This document shows positions 43,701 through 57,943 of a DNA stretch of 64,000 bases, in pieces. Position 1 is the first letter of the stretch; the number at the start of each line of letters is the position of its first letter. The DNA comes from the human T2T-CHM13v2.0 reference genome, Homo sapiens, in the NCBI RefSeq assembly GCF_009914755.1, contig NC_060941.1, one strand, 5' to 3'. The position numbers and the translations under genes are program-made. The notes beneath the pieces were generated by a model. The model saw only the letters and a program-made list of their open reading frames with translations, was not told where the DNA came from and did no database searches.

Positions 43701-45118
43701 GGGGTTGATAATGGCAGCTCCACTCAGTGAACCGTGATGGAATGCTAAGACTCATTTACAGAGACGTCCTCATGGCAGGAGAAGATGTTTATGGGAAACA
43801 ATGTTGAGGGACAAATGGAGAAAACAATATCAAAATCCAATGGACAAACTGGGCTAGAGATGATCATCGGAAGCTGCTTTACCCAGAACCCTACTGAAGG
43901 GGCCCAGCCGCTATGGGCTGTGGGTAAGGGGAGGTTTTGAGGAAGTGGAACCTTGTGTAAGCAGGGTTAGGAGTCCTGCCAACAGAGGGACAGAAGAGGG
44001 AGAGGGGAGAGAGGACAAGGGAGAGGGATCTGAGGAGAGAGAACAACAGAGAGAATAGCTCCTTAGCTCTCAGTCTTAGTACCAGCAGGTGTGTGTGTTT
44101 GCTTTCCAGTGAGCTCTTCCCAGCCTTCAGTAACCACTGCCTTTGGCTCTAGCCTCCGAGGCTCTCTGCTCCTTGTATCCCCAGGAGCCCTAACTGAGGC
44201 AGAAACAGAGAGTTATATAGAGAGAAAATTGCAAGGAAAGATACCAAAAGCATAACCATTACTTTCAATAGATGGAGGTGCTATGGGTTATGTTTTTCTA
44301 TTTTTGTTTCCTCCCTGGCATTTTCTACAGTAGCCATATAGTAAAATCTTCAAGGAAAAATAAAACAAAAGCATGGTCCACAGGCCTCTGGGGCTGCTGT
44401 TGCCCACCCTCCCTTCTGTGTTGGCCCTGCCCCTTGTCATACCCTCTCCATGCCTTTTTTGGAGGTGCTGTGTGCCTTTGCTGGTTGCAGGTCTGAGTGG
44501 TCCTCCTCCCCTTTCCCCAGGCCTGGTAATTTCCACTTCGATTTGCTGAGCTGACCTTCCTTCCCGAGCACCTGGGGTTCCTCACGGCATCTGCCCAGGA
44601 GAAGGCCTTTGGGTTCCATGTCTAGGTTCCTCTATCTCTGAGTTCCTCAGAGCTTGCCTTGTTCTCCTGGGCAGAATAAAAGCAGAACACCTGAGGGCAA
44701 CTGCAGGCAGTATTGCTCAATGGTTAGAGCCAGGCGTTGGTGCAAGCTGATTCCAATTCTAGGCTGTATCACTTTCTAGCTGTGTGTCCTTTAGCAGGTT
44801 TCTTAACCTCTCAGTGCTCCAGTTGTATTTTCTGTAAGATGATCTCCAGTCATTGCTACCTAATTAGATTTGGGAGGTACACCTGAGATACTGGGTATGC
44901 TGCATTTAGAAAGGTTCTGGACTTTATAGATAAGACTTTCAAGGAATTGTACCAGTTATGATGGTGAGCGTGGTGGCTCCACTCAATGAACTATGATGGC
45001 ATGCAAAGATGGATGTTACAGAGGCCTCCTCATGACAGGTCTGATATCAGTTATGATTCCTTGAAAGTCTTCCGCAGAGTGAGGTCACCTCCACTGCCAT
45101 GTCCCCTCTGAGAGGTGG

Positions 45119-45477
45119 TAATATGGTTTGGCTGTGTCCCCACCCAAATTTCATCTTGAATTGTAACTCCCACAATTCCCATGTGTTGTGGGAGGGACTA
45201 GGTGGGAGGTAATTGAATCATGGGAGCGGTTTCCTCCATACTGTTCTCATGGTAGTGAATAAGGCTCATGAGATCTGATGGTTTTATAAGGGGTTTCCCC
45301 TTTTGCTTGGCTCTCATTCTCTCTTGTCTGCCGCCACGTAAGACATGCCTTTTACCTTCTGTCATGATTGTGAGGCCTCCCTAGACACATGGAAATGTGA
45401 GTCCCTTAAACCTTTTTCTTTATAAAGTACCCACTCTCGGGTATGTCTTTATCAGCAGTGAGAAATGGACTAATACA
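45119..45477 (+). mobile_element. THE1 (B/C/D) MaLR solo LTR
   Basis: t(a)atatggtttggctgtgtccccacccaaat...ggactaataca; perfect 5-bp TSD GGTGG (45114-45118, 45478-45482). Confidence 0.93.
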
Positions 45478-46559
45478 GGTGGGAAGCCCTGCTTGTCCTT
45501 CTCCTCACTGAGGTTCTGAATATAGCTAAGCCCAGATTCCTCTCCCTGCTCTGCCATCAGTAAGCACCAGAAATGTGTTCAGGAAAGGGGCGAGACAGTC
45601 TTCATTATCACCCTTTCAGGTCACAGAAGCAGCTGCCTCAGTGATGAGGCTGTTTTGATGCTTGACATCAGGGCAGCCTGACACCCCAGGTAAAATCCCC
45701 TCCCCTGCTGGTCTGCTCCTTCTGCTGGTTCCCACCAGGCCTTCTGGGGGAAACTTGGGGGCTCACTTCAATTCCACAAACACCAGCTGAGCCCCTACTA
45801 TGTCCTGAGCACTGGGACAGGTGCTGGGCATGGATAGGAGTTAAGTCTCCTTCCCAGTGTCAGACACAGAACAAGCAAAAGGCATGGAAGTGAAGGACCC
45901 ATTGTCTTTACAGTGGAGAAGGGAGAAGTGACTTCCTAAAACTGAGAGCAGGACATCCCAGTGGTACAGCCCAGAAACTGAGGGCATTGAGTAGGGAAGA
46001 GGAGAATGTGATTTTAGGAGCTAAGGAACAGTTAAAAACGGCTGTCAATCTAATGCAACTAATCAATCCAATTCAAATTAATTGAATCTCATCTAATCCC
46101 CTGAGCTAATTAAATCCATCCTACATGGATGGAAGAATAGCATGGTGACTGGCACTGCTAGAACCTATGCCCTGCCCTCTTCAATGATTTGGGGGAACTG
46201 TGGTCTCTAATCCCAGGTAATTTAAAAAAAAAATTCTAACTTCAAAAACAGACAAAAATCTTTCAAACGTTGCTTTTCCAAAAAGGGAAACTTCTGAGCC
46301 ATAGGCCTCTTGCTATGTCCTTGCAAGTGCTAGGAGCAGAAGTAGGGTCTGATGGAGGCTGTCCACTAAGGAAGGTATTACAGGGGCAGTCCGGGTAGGA
46401 GGCTGTGCCTGGCTACACGGAGCAGGCTGGACCCCTCCTCCTTTATGTGAGCCTGTCTGTCTATTAGGAGTCGGGTCCAAACCATAAAACATATTTGTAA
46501 ATAGCTGCATTATGCACATCCTTAAAAACTGCACAATTAATATATGAATACATAAATTC

Positions 46560-47140
46560 ACACTTATAAATATGCCAGGGATCCAGTAAAAATGAAGAAT
46601 CTTCCTGCACACTCAATTGTGTTCTCTTCCTCTGAGCAGCTCTCAGTATGGTAGGCACCACTCTAGACTTTTTCTGTGTGCTGATATGCATACATGCACA
46701 TTTATAATCATATAGTTTAGGGTGTGGGTATTTTTAATACAAACGGGACCACCTTGTATGTATTGTTCCGCAATTTGATTTTTCACCTACCAATATGTCT
46801 TAGAAATTTTCCCCAAGGGATCTCCAAATCTTCCTTACCCAGTTTAACTGTTGCAGGGGGTGGGGGAAATGCATAGGCATCTTCCCTCCTCAGTATAATC
46901 ATCCTTCTATTGATGAACATTTAAGTTGTGTCTAAATTTCTGCTCATACAAACAGTGCTGCAGGAAAGATCTTTATCTATGTTGTTTGGTGTACATGAGT
47001 ATGTATTTCTTTAGGGCAGATTCTAAGAAGTAAAACTGCCAGGTTGAAGGGAATGCATGCTTTTTTATTTTATGGATGTGTTGTGCCACATCCCCACCCA
47101 TCTCCCCAGCCCAGAGGCTCTACCAGTTTATATTCCCCTC
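46560..47140 (-). mobile_element. L1ME-type 3' fragment
   Basis: tctattgatgaacatttaagttg...acaaacagtgctgca...tatttctttagggcagattctaagaagt. Confidence 0.6.
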
Positions 47141-48681
47141 AACAGCTGTCCCAGCTGCCCTCTCTAAGAGATGGGTGGCTTCTTTGCTGAGATGCAGCTC
47201 CCCTTCTGCTTGTCCCTTCTGTGGTCCCCTTGGCTCTCCTGCAGACCTTGGCCCAAGGCCATCTTCCTGTCCTTTGTCACCCAAATGCATCAAAGGCCCT
47301 ATTTTAAGAACTCTGAGTACTATTTCAAAACACACAGCACATAAATCGGGAGTGATGACTCTCATTTCAGAATGATTTCTTCTTCCACAAGAGGATCTGC
47401 TTCAGGGTTTGGAGCAATTGATGAACCAATATTGATTATGCCTGCCATTTATTCATTCATTGATTTACAGTGTTAGGCTTGTGCTAGCTGCTGCAGAACC
47501 CTTGCCTTCAAAGGGTATTCTCTCATTGGATGGAGCAAGACATGCAAATAACTTACGTTATTAGGTAAAGTTATATTAATAGACAATTGACTGCTATTAA
47601 AACATTTTAATTACTCAAAGAGGGAGAGAGAGAGGGAGAGAGACAGAGAGTGAAAGATCTCAGTAGGTGAGGGACCAGAGGTATTTTGGGGATGGAGCAG
47701 TCTAACAGATAAGCAGTATGATTTACTAGCCAACAGAGAATGATTACTGGGGGCTGTCCAGCCCGTTTGTCACAACATAAACAAATGCAGGGACTTCTCC
47801 AGTTGTGATGGCTGGGCAATAGTTGTTTTCAAGCCTGAAGGAGGAGGGGAGAACAGGAAAGAGGTGTCTTTTTCAGACCCCTCCTTCCCTTACCCTTGTC
47901 AAGGGAGTGTGACAGTCAGCAAGACTGTTCATATTCAGTCATTCATTATAGTTGATATTTCTAAAAGACGTGTTGGTGATTCTTTAAACTTCTCAGTTGC
48001 CAAGAAAAAGATGCAACAGCTTTTGGCCTATGCATGGAAGTGTCCTCTATAGGCCCTTTTTCCCCCTTTAAAAAAAAGTCAGAAACCAAGGCCACACCAT
48101 TTGGAGTTCAGACAGTGAACTGCCCATGAATCAAAAGATAACGTGACACTGGGCAGCAGGACCAACCAAAGCATGGTCTGATTTATTAACTTGTCCCCTG
48201 AGTAAGATAAAGTAGGTGAGTCCATAGACATTAGGGCTCCTTTCTTCTGCCTGGGTCCAAGGAGGAAATAAGCCACCGAGAGATAAGCAGCCAGCTTTTG
48301 ATGTCAGATCCAGTGCTGAGTGGGTGCAGGAGCAGCCAGTTCTCCCTGGAGATGCTAGTGAGGGTGGGCACCACCAAGGGTCTGCACCATGGACCCAGGC
48401 TGGGGCTGCCATGTCAGCACCATTTCTAGCTTATCCTTTCTTCCAGGTCTCAATAAAAAGACTTATTTTTTAGTTCCTAGTGTTCAAAGAGTATTTAAGT
48501 TACACCATATCTGAAGGCTAAGAATTTAAATGGACAGTAAATTATTTAAGTTAGCCCTCAGAGATCATTGCACAATATTCGATCCATCCTTCATTCCATC
48601 TAAGAACTGTAAGACCTAATCTTTTCCCGTAAGAGTTTACAGTATACTGGGGGCATGCTACCAGACAAATAATAGCTCTTT

Positions 48682-48807
48682 TAGTTGATTGATTGATTGT
48701 AGAAATGGTGTCTTGCTATGTTGCCCAGGCTGGTCTCCAACTCCTGATTCTCCCTCTTCAGCTTCCCAAAGTGCTAGGATTATAAGTATGAGCCACCACA
48801 CCCAGCC
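48682..48807 (-). mobile_element. FLAM / free left Alu monomer
   Basis: tcttgctatgttgcccaggctggtctc...gagccaccacacccagcc with a (GATT)n tail. Confidence 0.8.
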
Positions 48808-49184
48808 AGCTATAGCCCTTACTCCATGATTGATTGGTTGATTGATTGGCTACCTCTCCTGCTGGCCTGTAAGCTCTAAGAAGAACCAGGCTAGTCTTGT
48901 CCACTGGTAACCTAACACCTAACACAGTGCCTGGCACATAGTAGGTGATCAATAAATGTCAATATGAGATGATGAGAGAGTAGGACAGGAAGAAGGCTCA
49001 AGGCCTAAGTGGGGCAGTGTGTAGATGAGAGGGGGCTGTGTGCTGGAGGGCAGTGAGATATAATCACTGGGAAAAGTGATGGTGGGAGCCCGGAGGTAGA
49101 ATTTGGGCTTTATTTTATGGGTTGGGAAAGACATTAATGGGTCTCAAGCAGGCTGTGACATGATAAAGTCCTCTCTCTCACATT

Positions 49185-50520
49185 TATTTATTCGTTCATT
49201 TCATCCAATGCAATTTATTGAACATCTTGTATATGTAAGGCACCATGTAAAATATGAAGAATAGAAGTATGATAGAATCATATCCCCAAAGAATTCCCAG
49301 TTTGGCAGGGGAGATAGATAAGTAAACAGACGGTTATAATGTGTACATTTTATGCTGGAGATTTCCACATAATACTCTGGTATGGCCATGTTTGCACTGA
49401 ATCTTGGAGGAAGGACACATACAAGTGAGGTGATGAAAGGGTGGGAAGGGTGTTGCTGGCAGAGGGAGAAAGGAGAGAGTGTGCGATGCTGGGAGGAGGG
49501 CTCTGTTTAATGTGGCTGGGGTGTTGTGTGGGAGGCTGGGGGAGTAGAGTGAGAGGCCACTGAAAGAGAGGCAGGAGCCAGACTGGAGAGGTCTGTGAAG
49601 AGATTCTTGGACTTCATCCTGTGGTTCATGAGGGAGGGAGATGAGCAGGGCTGTATTTTAGAACGGTCATGTTGTTGCAGAGAATGGGTTGGGGAGGGAC
49701 AGAGTGAGCACTGGGGAGGCCAGTGAGGCAGTTGTTGTTCTTATCTGGGTGAAAAAAACATAAGGAACTGAACTAAAGTAGTGTCTGGGGTGGGGGATAA
49801 TAACAGCTAGCATCATTTGGGCACTTACGGTATGCCAACTGTTCTATGGGTATTACATGTATGAACCCACTTAGTTTTCCGGTCCCCCTGTGAGGTAGGA
49901 ACCAGCATTATCCCCATTTTGCAGATGAAGAGAATGAGGAACAAGGTTCCACAACTAGCAAATGGGGATTTGCACTCCGGCCATTTACAGAGTTTTGAAT
50001 CTAGGGGAGCATCAATTATGGGGTGCAGGTGTGGGGACAGGGAGAAGATGAATTTAGTTTTGCCTGTTGATTTGGGATGTCCATGGGACTCTAAGCGAGG
50101 AGTTCAGCAGCCCCTGGAATGTTGGGTCTGGAGCTCAGGAAAGAGGTCCAGGCTGGGGTGGCAGTCTGGGAATTATGGGAAAGGATGCTGTAACCTGGGA
50201 GAGGACAATACAGCAACCTGGAGTACCACTAGGTAAGGGGTGGCAGGGGAAGAATTGCTTATGAAGGGGGCCAAGGCAGAGTGGGCAGGGAGGTGAAAGG
50301 AAGCCAGGCAGGAGTGAAGAGGAGTGTCTCAGGGAGGGTGTGGTCCACAGTCCACATGCTGTTCAGAAACCAGGTGGCATAAAGACTGAGGAGTGTCCCT
50401 GTCAACAGAGGCTGGGTTTAGCCAAAGAGATCTCATGAGCAACCTTGACAAAGAAAAGTTTCAGTGGTGTGCTGGAGGTGGACTGGCAAGAAAAAGGGAA
50501 ATGAAGAATCAGGGATAAGC
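49185..50520 (-). mobile_element. L2, interrupted by a MIR at about 49795-49980
   Basis: ttcatccaatgcaatttattgaacatc tail, ggtctggagctcaggaaagaggtccaggctgg, gagcaaccttgacaaagaaaagtttcagtgg. Confidence 0.65.
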
Positions 50521-50528
50521 GAGTACTG

Positions 50529-51050
50529 CAGGCCCCCCTTATCCACGGGGATACGTTCCAAGACCACCAGTGGATGCCTGAAACTGCAGATAGTACCCAC
50601 CCCATATGTATCATGTTTTTTTTTCCTATATATACATACATACATACATACCTCTGATAAAGTTTAATTTATAAATTAGGCACAGTAAGAGATAAACAAA
50701 AATAACTAATAACAAAACAGAACAATTATAACAATATGCCAGCATCATGACTCTTGCTCCTTGGGGCCATGATTAAGTAAAATAAGGGTGACTTGAACAC
50801 AAGCACTGCCATACCTTGATGGTAAATCTGATCACAGACACGGCTGCTAAGTGACCAGCAGGCGGGCAGTGTATGTATGCAGCGTGGATATGCTGGACAA
50901 AGGGCTGATTCACGTCCTGGGTGGGATGAAGTGGGATGGTGCGAGATTTCATCACGCTATTCAGAATGGTGCACAACTGAAAACTGATTATTTCTGGAAT
51001 TTTCCATTTAATGTTTTCAGGCTGCAGTTGACTGTGTGTAACTGATATCA
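50529..51050. mobile_element. MER44-type (Tigger7) DNA transposon
   Basis: cccccttatccacggggatacgttccaagacc...aagtttaatttataaattaggcacagtaagaga...gagatttcatcacgctattcagaa. Confidence 0.85.
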
Positions 51051-52486
51051 GGGACCGAGAACTTTTTGGTGACTCTTTGTCAGGAAGGCAAGGAGAGGAA
51101 GAGGCTGCAAGGTAGTGGGGAGGTAAAATAAAGAATAATTTTATCTCCTCCTAAGACTGGAGTATATTTTTATGGGATTCAGTTTTTGATTCCCCAACAG
51201 TGCTAAGCACAATACCTAGCTCATCCTAGCCAATCAGCAATTCTTTGAAGAATCCTTCTAATTCCTCCCTCATCCTCTGCTGTCAAGTCCACCTTGAGAA
51301 AATCAAGCTTATATTGTGCAGGAAAAAATGGTGAAAACTTGACTCTTGGCAAAATCGTCTGGGGATCTGAAGATATTACTACTTTAGATGCTGAGTGGCA
51401 ACAAGTGATTAAGTAGCTAAACTAGCATATGCTTAATTGATTCTTATTCTTGGGCTATTCATGGGAAACAGTGTACCCTGTTGATGGTGAAGGCAATGTC
51501 TACACAGCGGGCCATCTCACCTTGTGGCACCTCTCCAGTGCTTTGATGGGGTGGAAATAGATGCTTCCATATTTATGCGGCTCCATCTTTGGCCATTTGG
51601 AAGTCACTAAAGTCATGTGTAATAAATTCTCTCTTCTGCCTTGAAAAAAACCAACTGGGCAAGCTTCCATTTCTAATGGGGTCCATGAAACATGGATATT
51701 AAGGACCATGGATCTGGCTGTCAGATTGACAAATGAGTCTTCCCTTTTGAAAGGCACTTAGGAAGTTATAATTGGAAGCTTGAGAGGAGTTGTCAAAAGC
51801 AGGCAGTGGGCATCCCACCAAGCTGCTGGGCCTTTTTATTTAGGGGTGGGGTGAGGGATACTGTTTCTTCTTGTGAGCCATGGTGGGATTCCCTTCAAAT
51901 GGTGGAAATGTGGCCAACTTATACCAGAGGCAGAGGCTTAGGCTTCTGTAGGAGCCAACTGGTCCTGCCAAAGACCTAACTAGAGCTGGCAAGACCTAAG
52001 TATTCTTATTTGCCTTTATTGTAGTCTAAACAGGCTAGAGAGGCAGTGGTTAGATGCAAGGTGTTGTGTGATGGTAGGCATTCTCAGGGCACTTTAGATA
52101 CAGCTCAAGTGATATAAAGTCTAGGTTGTGGAATGGAAACCCTTCTCATTCCTGATGGTTTCCAGCTGGTAGTGAAAGAGGTTCTTGGTGACAGTGGGAA
52201 GTCTCTGGGAAGGGACATTCAACCCTGGCTCCCCAAGGTGTTTCTGAGGCTGTCAAATATAAACCCAGGGCCAAGATTTCCAGGAAATTTCCCGAACAAT
52301 AACGTTGGTGGGCCAACTAATTGCCCAGAATCTCTAGATTCATTCCCAGGACCACCAAGAAGTATAAGCAAAGTGGTTGAATAAATATTTGATGAATACA
52401 TGGATCAACACTTAGAAAACAAGAATCACCACCAGGCTCTTTGAAGAGAGGGTGGGAGATGATGAAAGGCTTCTGATATCAAATCA

Positions 52487-52832
<346 letters not shown>

Positions 52833-54539
52833 CATGGTTTGAGCAAAGAGTCTGATTGGTGATGTCAACGTTGAAGACAGCTTGGTGCTGTCCCCATACC
52901 GCATGAATATCCCAGCTTTGCAGTTTCACATATATTTACTCACTCATTTAATTTTCCCCGAATTCCAGAATTCTGTGCTGGCTCTCTTATCTGTTCATCC
53001 ACTCTTATCTACACAGATGGCTTCCAGATCTATATCCCTAGCCCTGACCCCTTTCATGAGCTTTTGCTTTGATTAGCTTGTCTAAGCCAGAAACGATATG
53101 AATATATCATCCATCACAGCCCAGCTTCATAACCTCAGGGAGACGGGCTTTCAGGGCAGATTTTTAATGGGACAGTTGGCAGAGGTGAGTTAAGGAGGCA
53201 GCAGGGAGCATTAGAGTATAACATTGGATTGATTATCCAGTTGTACTTCCAACAACTCACATTTATGGATCTTATCTATAAGCAAGGCACTGGGGCCACA
53301 GAATCCAAAAGACACAATCCTTGCTCTCAGAGGGCTCTGAGACTATAAGAGACAAGGGCTGAGAGAGGCAAAAGAAGGCAGTTCTGGAGAGGTAGGTGTC
53401 AGGAGCAGTGATCCACATGAAGTAAGCCTACATGGGACTGTTGTACCCTTGGAAGTGTGACAAAAAATGCCAAATCCCCCACTTCATTCTGTGAGTGCTC
53501 CAAGACAGGGGCCAGGTCTCGCTTATCTTAATTTTTCCAGCACATTCAGTGCTCAGGGAATATTTGCTGAGGGAATAAATGAATGTACAAAATATTGTAT
53601 GGAGCAGCTAACTATTCCTAGGAAGGTGGCAGGATAAGACAGCAAAGTCTTCTTAAAGGCCATGACCTTTGGGTGGTATCTGGAGGTGTGAATAGGCCTT
53701 TGCCAGGTAGATGAAACAAGGAAGGGCAGATGGAACAGAGGGAGCAGATGCACAGAGGCTGCCATCAAAGAACATGGGGTGTTTGGTGGATGGTTCTGCA
53801 TCATTGGGATGTAGGGTCCATCCTAGTCAACCACAGGCAGATGAGGAGGTTGGAGAGGTGAGCTGTGGCCAGGCTAGGCAGGGACTCCAGAGCCATTCTA
53901 AGGGGTTTAGATTTTTGTAAGTTACAGAAAGCCCTGGAATGTAAGGGTGTTATGTTGGGTAGTGCTGTGACCACTGAGGATGTGGGTTGAGGAAGGGGTA
54001 CTACCAAGGAGGGTGGCCAGAGCCTCTCTCCTAGAGTTTTAGGCTACTCCACCCCAGCTCCTGCTTCTCACTAGCAGGAGCCCAGATTCTGCCTCCCAGA
54101 GCTGGGGAGAGGGTTTATCTCACATCCTTGTCATAATTTACCTTATAAGCATCCCATGCCAGCTGGCAGAGCCGGGAGTGGGTGCAGAACTGCTGTCAGC
54201 CAAACTTCCTGGTGATCCTTATGTCCTTGAGTGAGCAGGGGCAGGGACTCCCAGGTGGTGAATGCTAGAGGTCATTTGAAGTCATCTCATGGAATCTTCT
54301 CATTTTACAGATGGAAAAACTGAGGCCCAGAGAGGGCAGTGACCTATCCAAAGTCCCATGACACAGCAGGACTAGAATCCAGGCCTCTGGACTCCTAGGC
54401 TGATTTGTTCTCCACAGTACTGAGTAGCCTTATTTCTTTGGGCTCATGGTAGGAAAAGACCAGCCTGCCAGCCAGTCCCTCCCTGGATTAGCTCCCTGTG
54501 CGCTCTCTCCAGAGAGTCTTCCTGAGTTACAACTGTGCA

Positions 54540-54800
54540 GTGTGGCAGAGCAGAAAGAGCATGGGTGCGGGAACCTGGTAGATTCGGGCTTGAAGCCCAA
54601 CCCTGCTGCTCCCCTAGCTACGCAACCTTGAACAAGTTATTCAACCACGCAGTTTTGTCATCTGCAAAGTGGAGATATCAGAACCCCCCCTGCAGGGTTG
54701 TTGTGGGAGATTAAATGAGATAATGTGCCTCAAGTGTCCCTACAGCATAATGCCTGGCAGGTAGCATGTGCTCCATTGATAGGAACTGTTGTTATTCTTC
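54540..54800 (+). mobile_element. MIR
   Basis: accttgaacaagttattcaacc...tcatctgcaaagtggagata...gagattaaatgagataatg...tgcctggca. Confidence 0.7.
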
Positions 54801-55350
54801 TACCCTTCCCAGGGTTCTATTTCTCCTTCCAGCATATTATCCCGCTGCCTGTCTCTGGTGGTCCTGGGATTGTGCAGAGGATTTTACAGCAACTGAGTTA
54901 ACCAGGGCACTTCTTAAGGTTGTCTAGGAAGGCAGCCAAGGCATACCTTGACTTATTTGTTTTTAGGGCAAATGCAGGTTAAGAAAGCAATCTTTGGACT
55001 GGGTTGTAGCCCAAGAGTATATTCTTTAGGACAATAAAATAAAATTTAAAACATTTGGAAAGGCGTGGTGTGTGTGTAATTATGCATGGGTGAGATAATT
55101 TTCACCATGCAGAAAGACTTTCCCATTTATACAAAGATTCATGGTAGGACTTCTTTAAGTCACTAGTTCCTCTTAGGGCTCTTACTCTGGAGTCAATTTT
55201 CCTAGCATGATTCACACCAACTTTCCAGGAAAGGGCTTTCTACTTCCTACGACTTGTCCCCATGGCCTTCCTGCAAAGTTTCCTTAAACTTTGAGCCAAA
55301 GCAGCAGAATCTTGGATTGATAGCAACGTAGCTGCCACATTTTATGGATA

Positions 55351-55513
55351 TACCATATACTATAAGATGCACCATGATTTTATGTATCACCAAGAAAGAA
55401 TAACAAACACTGCTTATTGTAATTTTAAGACTTAATTGATTGTAAAACGAATCCTTATTTCAGAAATGTTAAAATGTGAACACAAATATGCCTCTTAACA
55501 ATCAATGAAATGA
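55351..55513 (-). mobile_element. MER104
   Basis: taagatgcaccatgattttatgtatcaccaagaaagaa...ttcagaaatgttaaaatgtg...aatcaatgaaat. Confidence 0.6.
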
Positions 55514-56625
55514 AGTGTTTGAGGACCAGGATCAACTGGATAGATTTGCATACTCACAGAATGAGAGCATACAGCTGGGGCTAAATCCTCAAAATATACT
55601 TGGCTTAACATTATTTTTGCCTTTGTTAAAGAAACCGCTAATCTACAGGCTCTGTGAGGGCAGAGACTGCGTCTCTTTTGTTTACCACTGTATCTCTACC
55701 ACTTCACTCATAGTAGGTATTCAGCAAATATTTGCTGTATGAATAAATAGAACAAAGCCACAACATGAAAGAGATGGAAAGCCCACAGAAGAAAATAAAT
55801 TATTCATAATTCCCCCAGTGTGGGTATTTTGGCTGATTTCCTTCAAGTCTTATTTCCTATGAATATGCTCTTTTATATACATGTAAATATAATGTATTAT
55901 TAGATTTAGCTCTGGGATGTGTTTTTGTATTTCTCTATTAATATAAATGAAATGATGAAATGAGATGATGCGGAAATGCTTTGAAGACTGTAAAATGTTT
56001 AACAAATATCTTATTAGTTATAATAATCATGAAAATACAGACATGAATGGGGCTGATTTTCTGAGAATACACTTCAAAGCTAACAGCAAATTTGCCCTCC
56101 GAAGCTGGGAATATGTTCTATTTCCTCATCCTACTCACCATAGGGAGTCCTTCTGTTTCATATTGGGAAGGGAAAGAGAAACTTAAGGATTCCTAGAAGT
56201 CATAGCTCCGACTTCCCACCCAGCCCAGAAATTTCTTCCATCTTACTAATGGAAGATCAGCCAGGGCTAGGGGAGGAAAAAGCACATCTCTCAGGCTGAT
56301 GAAAAATAGCAGCCTACAGAGAACTTCCTCCTCTCCACCCCTTACTAGTGGTGGGGAGAAGTTACACACTGGATTCCAAGGAATGTTGTTCACTTATTCT
56401 GCTGCTAATAACAATGTAGATAGCAAAGAGATGTCAACACAAGTAAGTAATTCATCATAGTAGGGGTAGGTACATTCAACAAGCCACAAAGTCAGATTTG
56501 CCATGGACAACTAATTAACAATTTACTTTTAGAAAGTCACAGAATTTATACACATATTGATGAGTCTAACCTGTTCCTGGTTCTTTGAAGGGATGTGGGT
56601 TTACTCATACAACAGAAGGGAGTGC

Positions 56626-57188
56626 TGACCGATTTTCTCTCCTTGACCAGACTCTAGCCAGGCTCTTCTGAGCCCTCTTCTCTTCTAAGCCTCACCCTTA
56701 GTTGGCCTATGAAGACTTGAACAAACACTATCATAGTTTCTAACAGCCCAAGGTCATATCCCTAGAATACCTCTATCCCCTCTTAAAGTGCCTGCCTGAG
56801 AAAACTCGAGGCTGCCAAGAGAATTTACTCTTTGCTCCAGCCAACACCTGAATATAGGGCCCCTGTCTCCCCGTCTCTGTGGGAGGGTAGGAGCCTAACT
56901 AACTTCAATAAGCACCAGTTAGCAAACCCAGATGCTTTTCACAGGGACCAGCACCCAAGCCCCTTCCTGTTTTTTATGATTTTTTTACTTCTCTGACTCT
57001 GCTGCTCAAGCCCTTGCTGTTGCCTCTGCCCACTCCCTCATTCTCTCTTTGAAACACCCAGGCCCTCTCTATGAATTGGGGTTGAGTTCAGTTCATGCTG
57101 CACCCTCTTCCCTACTGCAAAAGTAAATAATTGATTAAAATCTGCCCTCACCATGTCAACCCATGTCCAGCTTTGTTTACTTTTGACA
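56626..57188 (+). mobile_element. MER67/MER31-family ERV1 solo LTR
   Basis: tgacc...ctccttgaccagactctagccaggctc...aaagtgcctgcctgagaaaactc...tttgaca; ATTAAA near 57134; 4-bp TSD gtgc/gtac. Confidence 0.78.
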
Positions 57189-57659
57189 GTACTGAGGAGC
57201 TCACCTAGGCTAGTAGCTCAGGCTCTCAGCTCACCCAGGCTGCCTGTCCATCTGCATGTCTTTACTGGATAATCCTTGTTCTCACTCTTCTTGACTCTCA
57301 AATCCTTAGCCTTGAACTTTGCCCCTGCCATCCTCATGCCCTCCTTTGTCCTCAAGGATATATTTTCCTGGTTGCACCATTTGGTTTCTACCTTGCATAC
57401 CCTTGGATATTCCCTTTTCTGCTTGCATCACTTGTCTCAGTTTCTGGGATCCCATAGAGGCCAGGCTAACCTTCCAGCACCTCCTGCTCCTGCATCAAAG
57501 CTGCAATCCCATTCCCTATGTGCTTCAGTGAAGGTTGACCTTGGACTTCATTAACTGCCCAGGCATTGGGTACAGGGCACAGTTTGTGAGGCCTATGCCA
57601 TCAACACTTTCCCAGAGAGTAAAAAACAATATAGCTCACGTATAGATTTACAACCAGTG

Positions 57660-57943
57660 TTTTTTTTTTTTTTTTTTTTTGAGACAGGGTCTAGCTCTGT
57701 CTCCTAGGCTTGAGGGCAGTGGTGCAATCTCAGCTCAGTCAGCTCAAGTGATCCTCCCACCTCCAACCGCCCAAGTAGCTGGGATCACAGGCATGCACTA
57801 CCATGCCTAATTTTTTTTTTTTTGGTAGAGATAAGGTCTCATAATGTTGCCCAGGCTGGTCTTGAATTTCTGGGCTCAAGGAATTCTCCTGCCTTGGCCT
57901 CCCAAAGTGCTGGGATTACAGGCGTGAACCACCGTGCCAGGCC
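57660..57943 (-). mobile_element. AluJ with internal deletion
   Basis: Poly-T, gagacagggtct..., missing part of the right arm; TSD tacaaccagt / tacaacaagt. Confidence 0.85.

Noticed and set aside
43850-44200. Possible ancient LTR (LTR16/33-like)
   Set aside because: Too diverged to assign ends or family by eye.
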